A stretch of 32,400 bases of DNA, taken from Patescibacteria group bacterium (lineage in GTDB: Bacteria; Patescibacteriota; Microgenomatia; UBA12405). The notes beneath the pieces were generated by a model, which saw only the letters and a list, made by a program, of their open reading frames with translations, was not told the DNA's origin and made no database searches. The position numbers and the translations under genes are program-made. The DNA lies in assembly GCA_018818185.1 (NCBI GenBank), contig JAHISL010000025.1:1-32400 (forward strand), written 5' to 3'. Positions 17,978 through 25,959 of the stretch are shown here, one piece after another; the first letter of the stretch is position 1, and each line of letters opens with the position of its first letter.

Positions 17978-19183
17978 TTATCTTTTTTCAATAAACTTAC
18001 CTTCAACTATTTTTTCGGGAGAGTTTCCAATTTGATCCGGAGATAAAGGCTTACTCGTAATCGAATTAGGTATATCCCCTACAATTCGAGCAAACGCTGC
18101 CTTGGTAGAAGCAAATTCTCTTGCTGAACTTTCGCCCAATATTTTTCTTTGAGACTCAGAAGCCAAAGTCATGATCCCACCCAAAAATTTCGAGGCAGCC
18201 GTATGTGCATTCAACTCCAGGGAAAATGCTGATAACAAGGCCACCTGAGCCGAAGAATATGCCTCAGCCATCAAGGGTTGATTCCCCCACCCAGCCATCA
18301 AAACATTACCCGCAACAGTAATAACCCCAGGCAAGGTCTGTCTTATTCGATAACTTTCCGAAACACTATTAACCATCCTGTCGACCTTCTGTAATTCTTC
18401 AAGGGACATCAAATCTCTCGGGTCAGTTGTATTTGAAAACTTTTTCAATCTTTCTGCCAACTCTTCCAATGCTTTGTTCACACCCGGAACACCTTCTTTA
18501 GTCACTCTTTGTGCTTCTTGAAGTTTACCTTTCAACTCCTCCATTTTTAAAATAACCAACTGGTTATTAGAAGCATTTTTTTCAAACATTTCTCTTGCCT
18601 TAATAGCATTATCTCTCAACTGTGGCATTATTCTTGCCGCCGCCAACCCGTCATTTATTGGTTCACGAATTACTTCCATTCCTGAAATAAACAAAGCCAT
18701 TGTCTTACTTTTTTCTCTAGTTTCTTTATTAAATCTTGCCCTTAATCCCGAAACATCAAGTCCGTTAATCGCCTCCCATAACCCAACGGCCCCTCTTGTC
18801 AAATTACTCAAAAACTGATCATTCATCCATTCTTCCGGCCTATCAACACTCCCCATCTTACCATCACTGGGAAAAAGAGCACTTCTAAATATATTCATCC
18901 CTTGAACCGCTTGTATTTGTGAAAAGGTCGCTAATTCTGCCGCCTGGGCAATTGCCTTAACCGGAATACTCCCTCCCACGCCGCTTTCTGTTGGAATGAT
19001 TCGATTATCACTAAGCCCAACCCCTTTTCCTCTCCTAATTGAATCTTTTAATGGTTTATTTGCACCTATTGTTGACTGAACAAGTTGATATATTTCTGGT
19101 TGTGCAATCTCAATACCCCTATACACTTCATTTTGAATTTGATTTTCCCCTTTTCCACCACTTTCAATTTTGTTTCTTCCCAT
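17978..19183 (-). CDS. Helical/coiled-coil hypothetical protein
   Basis: 401-aa ORF, heptad-rich middle section. Confidence 0.75.
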   Translation of the reverse strand: MGRNKIESGGKGENQIQNEVYRGIEIAQPEIYQLVQSTIGANKPLKDSIRRGKGVGLSDNRIIPTESGVGGSIPVKAIAQAAELATFSQIQAVQGMNIFRSALFPSDGKMGSVDRPEEWMNDQFLSNLTRGAVGLWEAINGLDVSGLRARFNKETREKSKTMALFISGMEVIREPINDGLAAARIMPQLRDNAIKAREMFEKNASNNQLVILKMEELKGKLQEAQRVTKEGVPGVNKALEELAERLKKFSNTTDPRDLMSLEELQKVDRMVNSVSESYRIRQTLPGVITVAGNVLMAGWGNQPLMAEAYSSAQVALLSAFSLELNAHTAASKFLGGIMTLASESQRKILGESSAREFASTKAAFARIVGDIPNSITSKPLSPDQIGNSPEKIVEGKFIEKR

Positions 19184-19188
19184 ATTTT

Positions 19189-20277
19189 TTAATTAAAATT
19201 ATAATTGTTAATTAATTTTTCTAATTCCTCTTGCTCTTTTGCCATAGAAGCAAAACCCTTTTTCCAATTTCTACCTTCTGTCAAAGCACCCAATTGTCTT
19301 TCAACTTTCCTTCCCGCCGTCGCAATTCCTCCAACATGAAACAAATCAACACAATGCGCCAAAAATATTAGTGATCTACCGGGAATAGCATTCTCAGTTA
19401 TCCCTTTCATAATGGCTAGTCTTCCAACCAACATCTGCGATCGTAGGGCCACTGACTTCAAAGCCGATCTACTTCTATTGTTTCTAACTATCTGCTCAGC
19501 CAACCATTTTTCGGGAGAACCATTTTTTCCCTCTTCCAACATAACCTTTTTTGCTTGATCTCGGGATAAAACCGAACTTATCCCCGACAACAACTCTGCT
19601 TCCACCATCGCCTCAACTGAAGCTACAGCCAATTGGTTAATTGCTTCAAAACCTGGCAAATTTACCTGCCACAACACTGGATCAAAAAACAAATCATCCA
19701 ACACTCTGGCAAAACCTTTTTTTTCAGGTCTATATTGCTGAATAGACTCACCAGCTTCACTTTCCCAAAAAACTTGTCTAATTGGAGCCGTATTTATTTC
19801 CACCGCTCTTACGGGACCAAATTCAACATAATCTCCTTCCCAATAATTTTGTTGAGGTAATGAAATATTCTTTGTCAACTCCGCAACCGCCTCTCTAACC
19901 TCTGGTGCAACTTCAGCCAAACTCTTATGCGTTTCGTTCTCTAATGTTCCCCAAATTTCATTATGACCACTAAAATCGACCTCTGGCGGAGCATGATTTA
20001 TTGTTGCCATTTTTACCAAAACAGCTGGAAAATTTGAAGGAGCAATTTCCAACAATGCCTTCTCTGGCGGTTTTTCACTTCTAAATATTTGTTCTTTTAT
20101 TTCTGGTGGCAAATACGCTTCTGGATCATACAGCCATCCGATATCTGCCTTAGTTTCAACAACAACTGGCTCAGGAACAGTAAATAATGACAAACCTCCC
20201 TCTTTAACCTCTGGCAAAGCCACATTATCCGGCATCTGAAACACACCTCCCACATTTCCTTCTTTTGTGTTTGTCAT
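19189..20277 (-). CDS. Helical hypothetical protein
   Basis: 362-aa ORF, 5 nt from the next gene. Confidence 0.75.
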   Translation of the reverse strand: MTNTKEGNVGGVFQMPDNVALPEVKEGGLSLFTVPEPVVVETKADIGWLYDPEAYLPPEIKEQIFRSEKPPEKALLEIAPSNFPAVLVKMATINHAPPEVDFSGHNEIWGTLENETHKSLAEVAPEVREAVAELTKNISLPQQNYWEGDYVEFGPVRAVEINTAPIRQVFWESEAGESIQQYRPEKKGFARVLDDLFFDPVLWQVNLPGFEAINQLAVASVEAMVEAELLSGISSVLSRDQAKKVMLEEGKNGSPEKWLAEQIVRNNRSRSALKSVALRSQMLVGRLAIMKGITENAIPGRSLIFLAHCVDLFHVGGIATAGRKVERQLGALTEGRNWKKGFASMAKEQEELEKLINNYNFN

Positions 20278-20936
20278 ATTTTATTTAAAACTTTAATTTT
20301 TATTTTATAAATGCAAGTCAGAGAAGATCGGGGTGTGGGGTTTGGGGGGTGTTTTTTTGTTTTTTTTGGCCTTCAGCCCCTGGGAGGGGGTTTTACCCCC
20401 CTCCAACCTCCCATCCGGCCACCCACTCCAGAGCGGCCGCCGCCCAATCTAAGGCGGTGGCAAAAACCTTCAACACCCAGGCCAGGTATGGCCCGAGATT
20501 GAAGATAAATGACGGCGCCGCCGTAAAGACAAAACCCCAGGGGGTTTCATCGATCAACGACGGGTTGTCGACAGAAAAGGACCAAAAAAGCAGTCCTCCA
20601 ATCCCGAAAACAAATCCACTTACCCCCTCAATTATTTCCCTGAGAGGGTCCTTTCCGGACTCCTCACGGAGTAAAACAATCACCAAACTGATCGCCAACG
20701 TGCCGATCAATCCAATAATTGTAAACCAAACCGGCCATCCCGTAAGGGCGCCGATAACAACCAACAGGGAAATTAATCCCTGTAAGATGTTCAAGAAAAC
20801 CACCATGGTTTTCCTCCTTTCTTTTACACGCAACCCGAATTGGTTGACATGAATCAATCTTGGTTATTTCAAAACTGATTCATGCCAACCTTTTCTTCTC
20901 TGACTTGTTAAAGTGCTCTTTGGCTTTCGCCAAAGA
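20278..20936 (-). other. Structured RNA scaffold, copy A
   Basis: GAAA hairpin 20917-20936; boxA-like GCACTTTAACA; perfect 14-bp inverted repeat 20894-20907/20314-20327; 20-bp hairpin 20842-20890; G/C hairpin 20383-20404; A/C tract. Confidence 0.65.
20393..20806 (-). CDS. Small multi-TM membrane protein (GC-richer than its neighbours)
   Basis: AAGGAGG 6 nt before the ATG at 20806; about 4 hydrophobic segments; stop codon in the loop of the G/C hairpin. Confidence 0.7.
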   Translation of the reverse strand: MVVFLNILQGLISLLVVIGALTGWPVWFTIIGLIGTLAISLVIVLLREESGKDPLREIIEGVSGFVFGIGGLLFWSFSVDNPSLIDETPWGFVFTAAPSFIFNLGPYLAWVLKVFATALDWAAAALEWVAGWEVGGG

Positions 20937-20967
20937 CCAAAAAAAGGCCTCAACTTGACCCGAAGCT

Positions 20968-21033
20968 TTATCGGGTTTTATTAAAGGCCTCAAATTGTTT
21001 CATACATGGGCTTAATGCCTCTTTCTGAAACAT
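20968..21033 (-). CDS. Putative leaderless leader peptide MFQKEALSPCMKQFEAFNKTR
   Basis: ATG 5 nt after the -10; stop codon falls in a hairpin loop upstream of a U7 tract. Confidence 0.35.
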   Translation of the reverse strand: MFQKEALSPCMKQFEAFNKTR

Positions 21034-21038
21034 AGAGA

Positions 21039-21067
21039 AATATACATCACAAATGTGTATAAGTCAA
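21039..21067 (-). promoter_or_regulatory. Sigma70-type promoter
   Basis: TTGACT-17-TATATT. Confidence 0.7.
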
Positions 21068-21111
21068 GCTTTTTTGTCCTGTTTTAATATCTTTATAAGA
21101 TTTTCTTATAT

Positions 21112-22395
21112 CTATTGTCCCAAGGCTGCGTTTATCGGACCAAGATAAGTATTCCTCACGTGTTGTCTCATCACCAATGGCCAAAAAGCCCCTGCCAAAT
21201 ATAATTGTCCTTTTGCCATCTCCAACTCAGGACCGGCAACACCCATTTTTTTCAATTGCTTAATCTGTCTTTCAATTTGTTTTCCAACCTCCTCCGTCAC
21301 TTTATTTACTGCCATAGCTCCAATTTTTTCAATCTCAGTCAATCTTTCCTTCAAAATTTCTCGTACCGACATATTTTTATCCTGACTAACCGGAATTCTA
21401 TCATCTAAAGATAATCCTTCATTTATCAACAACAAGACACTATCCTCTACTTTTACCTTAGCCACCCTTTCTGTTTCTTTTGTCAGCTCATCCCTCGTTA
21501 TTGTTTCAGTGCTTACTCTTTTTTCAGAGTAGCGCGTCTTTTTCCCATGTCTAACAGCTACAAGTTCATCCTTACTCTCTGACCTTGTATTGTATTGTGT
21601 TCGCCCCACCACCGATAAACTTTCGCCTCCAGAAACTAATCTAGAAAATTTTACTCCGTTACTTAAAGCAGTTAACCCCTCAAGACAAGCATTTAACTGT
21701 TTTTTTATTCCCTCAGCCTGGTCGCGTGAAATCCTTCCATTTTTATCAAGCACCGCACCCAATGGTGGATCCGGATACATTAATATTTCCGGGTGAAGCC
21801 TTTTGTATTCTCTAAATTTTTCAGCATCTGTTTGCACCCTAGGCTTTGGCACATCCGACATAGATACCTTCACTCCCACAACAGTCGATGTGCAGCTCTC
21901 ATACACATTCTTGGCCATTGCCACCAAAAACGACGAATTCCCTACAGCCCTCACATCACCTCCAACTGGTTTCAAAGCTACTTCCGCAAAGATCAATTTC
22001 CCAGGAATTGGTTCAGTGTGAAGATACTGCACCATCTCATAAACCCTTCCACCAACTCTAAAATGTGACAAACCTGCACGCGCTAACTCTGGACAAAGTT
22101 TTTCCTCTCTTGCTCCATTTTCTATCCCTAAAAATGCCTGACTAAACATTTTCGTGCTTTCGTCAACATACCTTTCTTTCTTGCCTGCCAAATCCATTCC
22201 CCCTTCTACCCATCTCTCCACAGTCTTGTCAAAATCTCCTTTGTACAAATCTTTTGCTCCAATCTTTACCGGCAAAACATTACCATTTCCTGACTCTTTA
22301 AAAATAGGGTTATTAGCCAAAAAAACAGCCAATATACCCGCCATAGCCTCAGGTCTTTCTACCTTCTTCCTCTGAACCGCAACTTCTCTATTCAT
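21112..22395 (-). CDS. Hypothetical protein (paralogue family)
   Basis: Long ORF; probable start MNREV at 22395; TTGACA-17-TATAAA upstream; C-terminal WPLVMRQHVRNTYLGP. Confidence 0.75.
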   Translation of the reverse strand: MNREVAVQRKKVERPEAMAGILAVFLANNPIFKESGNGNVLPVKIGAKDLYKGDFDKTVERWVEGGMDLAGKKERYVDESTKMFSQAFLGIENGAREEKLCPELARAGLSHFRVGGRVYEMVQYLHTEPIPGKLIFAEVALKPVGGDVRAVGNSSFLVAMAKNVYESCTSTVVGVKVSMSDVPKPRVQTDAEKFREYKRLHPEILMYPDPPLGAVLDKNGRISRDQAEGIKKQLNACLEGLTALSNGVKFSRLVSGGESLSVVGRTQYNTRSESKDELVAVRHGKKTRYSEKRVSTETITRDELTKETERVAKVKVEDSVLLLINEGLSLDDRIPVSQDKNMSVREILKERLTEIEKIGAMAVNKVTEEVGKQIERQIKQLKKMGVAGPELEMAKGQLYLAGAFWPLVMRQHVRNTYLGPINAALGQ

Positions 22396-22492
22396 AACAC
22401 ACAACAAATATATATAAGTGACTGTTTATACATCAGCCTTACTTGCTTGTCAATACAATACATATTTTATATAGGGTAAATATATATACCTT

Positions 22493-23719
22493 TTACGACA
22501 AAAAATGTCGCATTGGATTTAGGTAATATTCTTCAACATATTTCAAATACATCGCCGGCCAAATACTCATCAGATTTTTTATTGTCTTTTCGTAAATATC
22601 CATTTCCTCCCGATTAAATCTCCTCGATTTCCTCATGCTTTCTATCAACAAAGTTCCCACCTTTTTTGAACCATTATCAATACTCACCAAATTTCTAGAA
22701 ATTGTAGTTCCCATTTCATATGTTATGTGCTGAAGTATCTCCCCAACCGTTTCCTCATTACCATTGTACAAAACCACCTCATGACTTCCTATCTTACCCC
22801 CCATAATCCAATACATCAAATCTATCATTACTCCGTCATCTCCATACTTTCTAAAGTCGTTAATCTCTATCCTGGTCATTCCCTCAGAGTTTGTTTGCCC
22901 CCTAAACAAATCAGTTGTTTCACCAAAAACTCTTTTCCGACTTTTTTGTTTGGGTCGACGAATAACCATTTCAGCCACAAATCTCCCTTTATCCTCCTCC
23001 AATTTATTCACCATCTTTTCAGATAACTTAATGTCTTTCGCCGGAATTGTCATTGTCATGGCAATTTCTTTCATCCCCTTGCTTACCTTCTCGACTAACC
23101 CAATCGCTTCTTCATTCAAACTAATCTCACCTCCTTTATCAAAAATTACAGGCAAAATAGCTCCTGGAAATGAAATTTGCCTTCCTGAAAAATCTTCGTA
23201 AGCAGGATACACTCCTTTCCACGATTGTCTTTGTCTTGTTTTGGAATCATCCTTTGCCAATTGTGGGCCCTTTTTTTGTTCTCTAATATACCCTCTCGGC
23301 ACTACCCGAACACCTGCCAAACACACCTTCCCCCCACTGGGAGATTCTATTGGTAGCTCGATTCCCGTAGATATCATTTCCACCCCAAAGACTTTATCTA
23401 CAAACCCTAATCTTTTTCCTTCTTTGCTTTTTCCAACACCCTCCCACAAAGCACCAAACACATTCTTTCCATTTTCCAACCAATTCTTTGTTTCCACTGG
23501 CAAATCCCTAATTTTTCTCCCAATACCAAAACGAGCCCTTTCCACATACTCACCCAATGGTGATAATTTCTTGAAATCACTTCTTAAAAATGGATTTATT
23601 TTTGATAAATGCACCAAATCTTCCCCAGGAATCTTTGCAGTTATCTCTCCAAGTTTCTTCTGACTAGAAATTTCCCAACCACTTTCAGGAGCTGATTCAT
23701 GTCCACGTCTATAAGCCAT
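22493..23719 (-). CDS. Hypothetical protein (paralogue family)
   Basis: 408 aa; TTGACA-17-TATAAA upstream; C-terminal WPAMYLKYVEEYYLNP. Confidence 0.75.
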   Translation of the reverse strand: MAYRRGHESAPESGWEISSQKKLGEITAKIPGEDLVHLSKINPFLRSDFKKLSPLGEYVERARFGIGRKIRDLPVETKNWLENGKNVFGALWEGVGKSKEGKRLGFVDKVFGVEMISTGIELPIESPSGGKVCLAGVRVVPRGYIREQKKGPQLAKDDSKTRQRQSWKGVYPAYEDFSGRQISFPGAILPVIFDKGGEISLNEEAIGLVEKVSKGMKEIAMTMTIPAKDIKLSEKMVNKLEEDKGRFVAEMVIRRPKQKSRKRVFGETTDLFRGQTNSEGMTRIEINDFRKYGDDGVMIDLMYWIMGGKIGSHEVVLYNGNEETVGEILQHITYEMGTTISRNLVSIDNGSKKVGTLLIESMRKSRRFNREEMDIYEKTIKNLMSIWPAMYLKYVEEYYLNPMRHFLS

Positions 23720-23797
23720 TAATTATCAAAATTCTAATGCTTCTTTATACCTCAAAGCACATCATTTGTCAACTATATTTTTTTATTATAAGCTAGT

Positions 23798-23998
23798 TTA
23801 TTTCCTATCCCCTGTCGGTTGTGCCTTAGTTATTCCTGCCACATTCCAACCCCCTGTAATCTCAGTTTGTTCATGGTGACAATCCTCCCCCGTATCTCTT
23901 CCTGTATGCCTTGCCTTCAATTTCCCTCCCTCTGTCAGATGAGCAGTTTCATCTACTTCACAATCAAACAATCTTGGCTGTTCTTCTTGTTTTCTCAT
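23798..23998 (-). CDS. Small hypothetical protein
   Basis: TATAAT-6 nt-ATG. Confidence 0.55.
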   Translation of the reverse strand: MRKQEEQPRLFDCEVDETAHLTEGGKLKARHTGRDTGEDCHHEQTEITGGWNVAGITKAQPTGDRK

Positions 23999-24012
23999 AC
24001 TTATATTATATC

Positions 24013-24216
24013 TTACCTACTTCTTCTCCTTACTTCTTTATCAATAACTGCCTGTTTAACTCTCTCTGTTGCCACAACCACATCAACAGCTTCAGAAATT
24101 CTACCTAAAAATCCATTTTTTCTTGGCTTCATTACCTCATCCTGATTACTCAAGACTTCGCTCCAGCCAGTTCCATTTCTTCCCGCCCTTTTTCCTTCAA
24201 TTTTAAAAATTGTCAT
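24013..24216 (-). CDS. Small basic hypothetical protein
   Basis: Start reassigned to the ATG at 24216 (MTIFKIEG); the upstream in-frame part is the non-coding scaffold. Confidence 0.55.
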   Translation of the reverse strand: MTIFKIEGKRAGRNGTGWSEVLSNQDEVMKPRKNGFLGRISEAVDVVVATERVKQAVIDKEVRRRSR

Positions 24217-24353
24217 TAATTTTCTTAAACTTATAATCAAAATTTTAATGATGCCTGCGAAATATTTGTTTTTTGTGTGTGTTTGTTTTTTTTGTTTTTG
24301 CCCTTGGCCGTTTGGTGGAGGGGTATAAATACCCCCCCACCTCACCGATATAC

Positions 24354-24542
24354 TTAGTCAGGATCGCCGGCGCCGGCAATCCTCGACAATCCTAATTCTC
24401 TCTCTTGAACTTCAAGAGAGATATCCGATTCTTTGGTTTTTGCTAGCATCTTTTCTCTGCAGCTTTGAAAAAATTTACACCCAGAACAATTATTTAACGG
24501 ACATTGATCTGGTTTTCCAGGAGTTTTATTTTTTGTCATCAT
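24354..24542 (-). CDS. Small Cys-rich protein (C-x4-C-x2-C-x5-C)
   Basis: CPLNNCSGCKFFQSC; ATGA overlap with the upstream ORF. Confidence 0.55.
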   Translation of the reverse strand: MMTKNKTPGKPDQCPLNNCSGCKFFQSCREKMLAKTKESDISLEVQERELGLSRIAGAGDPD

Positions 24543-24727
24543 CGTACCTTCCCAGCATCTAGTTTTCGATTGTGCAATTCTTTCAATTCGGCATCTGATA
24601 ACGACTTTCCAGCCCGTGCCAGCTTCTTTTGTTTCTGTTCCAATACTCTGATTCTCCTAAGATTACCATCCTTTGAACACATGCTATTATCCTTTTCTTG
24701 TGGGCAAGTATTATTTAATCCACTCAC
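24539..24727 (-). CDS. Small basic hypothetical protein
   Basis: GTG start directly after the long hairpin (alternative ATG at 24682). Confidence 0.5.
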   Translation of the reverse strand: MSGLNNTCPQEKDNSMCSKDGNLRRIRVLEQKQKKLARAGKSLSDAELKELHNRKLDAGKVR

Positions 24728-24943
24728 ATTGAGTAGAACCCAATCAGTTCACAATCTTTCAATTGTGCTCTCATCGGGCCCACTCAATCACAAATATTTC
24801 GCAGGTTTTTAAAGTACTCTTACTTCCCGCCAATGTGATTGCTATGTATCTCACCGCAGTCTTGTAAGATACTTCTCAGTCTATCACAATGTCTTATAAT
24901 ATCAAGGAGTCAAATACACATTTATTGCACACATTTTTATGCT

Positions 24944-25273
24944 TTACTTGTGATAAACCCGACCAAGTCTCTTTAGTAACAAACTCTCTTCCCCAACAAC
25001 TACTTCCTCTTTTTCTTGTCTCCGTCTCAACATTCCCGCTACATCTACCCTTAGCAACCATTCTTGATTTTCCAAGCTTCCTTCTTCAATCGGTAATCTC
25101 CGTCTTCTTATGGCATGATCATGACACAACACGGCTACTGGCATTGCTTCCATCTCCGGATAGGCATATCTGACAAATCGATTTCTATTTTCTTTTGGAA
25201 CAATTCCATTTAAACACAAATAAACCCTCCCCTTCTCTTCAACTCCAATTTCGTTACAATCCTGACAATTCAA
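24944..25273 (-). CDS. Hypothetical protein with CxxC...C...CxxH
   Basis: 109-aa ORF; start uncertain. Confidence 0.55.
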   Translation of the reverse strand: MNCQDCNEIGVEEKGRVYLCLNGIVPKENRNRFVRYAYPEMEAMPVAVLCHDHAIRRRRLPIEEGSLENQEWLLRVDVAGMLRRRQEKEEVVVGEESLLLKRLGRVYHK

Positions 25274-25337
25274 CTGAGACAGTCGTTTATTAATTCTTGA
25301 TTCTATGTTGCTACTCTATCACGCACCCGTCCGCTTT

Positions 25338-25604
25338 TTATCTATATACCTCTTTTCGAAAAGCCACCTCTACAACCTTAATTCTCCTTGCCTTGTTATC
25401 CACCTCAAAAATCAATCTCAACTTACCCATTCTCAATCTGAAATAATCCCCCAGTTCACCACTTAGTTTTTTAACATTGTTATTGTTCAGATAGTTGTTC
25501 AACAAACTAGCTTTAAGAAAAATTCTTTCGGCATCTTTTTTTGATAGTTTTTTAAAATCCTTTTTTGCCTCATCAGAAAAACCTATTTCAAAGTTTAACT
25601 TCAT
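25338..25604 (-). CDS. Type II toxin, RelE/ParE family
   Basis: KKLSGELGDYFRLRMGKLRLIFEVD...RKEVYR. Confidence 0.9.
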   Translation of the reverse strand: MKLNFEIGFSDEAKKDFKKLSKKDAERIFLKASLLNNYLNNNNVKKLSGELGDYFRLRMGKLRLIFEVDNKARRIKVVEVAFRKEVYR

Positions 25605-25866
25605 ATTCTCTAGCCAAATCTTCCAAACTGGTAAAACCTTTACCTCTGCCTTCTTTTTCCAACTTATAAACCAACTGTTGATCCTCCCAATCCTCCAGCT
25701 TTTCTAAGATAGTTTTAAATTCCTTCATACTCAACACCACCGCCTGCGGTTCAGATCTCTGAAAGATATACTTCATACCTTTTTTCTGAACATCTTTTAA
25801 AAAGCTGATAGCGTCAACCCGCATATCAGTTACTGTACTTATATTATCTTTGCTTGGTATAAACAT
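25588..25866 (-). CDS. Type II antitoxin, Phd/YefM family
   Basis: STVTDMR...YIFQRSEPQAVVLSMKEF...LEDWED; upstream of and overlapping the toxin. Confidence 0.85.
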   Translation of the reverse strand: MFIPSKDNISTVTDMRVDAISFLKDVQKKGMKYIFQRSEPQAVVLSMKEFKTILEKLEDWEDQQLVYKLEKEGRGKGFTSLEDLAREYEVKL

Positions 25867-25901
25867 AACATTAATATAACATTTTCGTAACGTTTTTACA
25901 A
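25866..25901 (-). promoter_or_regulatory. Toxin-antitoxin promoter with 11-bp-phased direct repeats
   Basis: TTGTAA-17-TATATT-6-ATG; TAAC(A/G)TT at 25866, 25877 and 25888. Confidence 0.6.
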
Positions 25902-25911
25902 TAGCCCTTCT

Positions 25912-25936
25912 GTAGGGGCGCTGCTAGCCAGCGCCC
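25912..25936 (+). repeat. GTAG-type REP-like hairpin (single copy here)
   Basis: GTAG followed by GGGCGCTG-ctagc-CAGCGCCC. Confidence 0.45.
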
Positions 25937-25959
25937 TAAAATCACTATATAATGTTTCT

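Larger units (their letters stand above)
24217..24821 (-). other. Structured RNA scaffold, copy B
   Basis: boxA-like GTACTTTAAAA; perfect 16-bp inverted repeat 24790-24805/24254-24269; long hairpin 24728-24788; 12-bp G/C hairpin 24314-24341; A/C tract. Confidence 0.65.

Noticed and set aside
17978-20277. TelA/toxic-anion-resistance assignment for the helical pair
   Set aside because: Only a short KKGF..L..LF resemblance and similar size; not enough without a profile search.
20328-20404. G/C hairpins next to T/A tracts (also 24270-24341) as intrinsic terminators
   Set aside because: The orientation is wrong on both strands: on + the T tract precedes the hairpin, and on - the hairpin is followed by A/C, not U.
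20311-20852. Plus-strand ORFs 20311-20502 and 20349-20852, and the N-terminal extension 24217-24345
   Set aside because: They are low-complexity translations of the scaffold or antisense shadows of the SD-led membrane gene.
24728-24788. Hammerhead ribozyme (CCGAUGA...GAA)
   Set aside because: CUGAUGA is imperfect, no GAAA follows stem II, and there is no third stem or NUH site.
20314-24805. Retron a1/a2 repeats, group I/II intron or IS terminal inverted repeats
   Set aside because: No reverse transcriptase or transposase in the window, no intron core motifs recognised, the arm sequences differ between copies, and no target-site duplication was seen.
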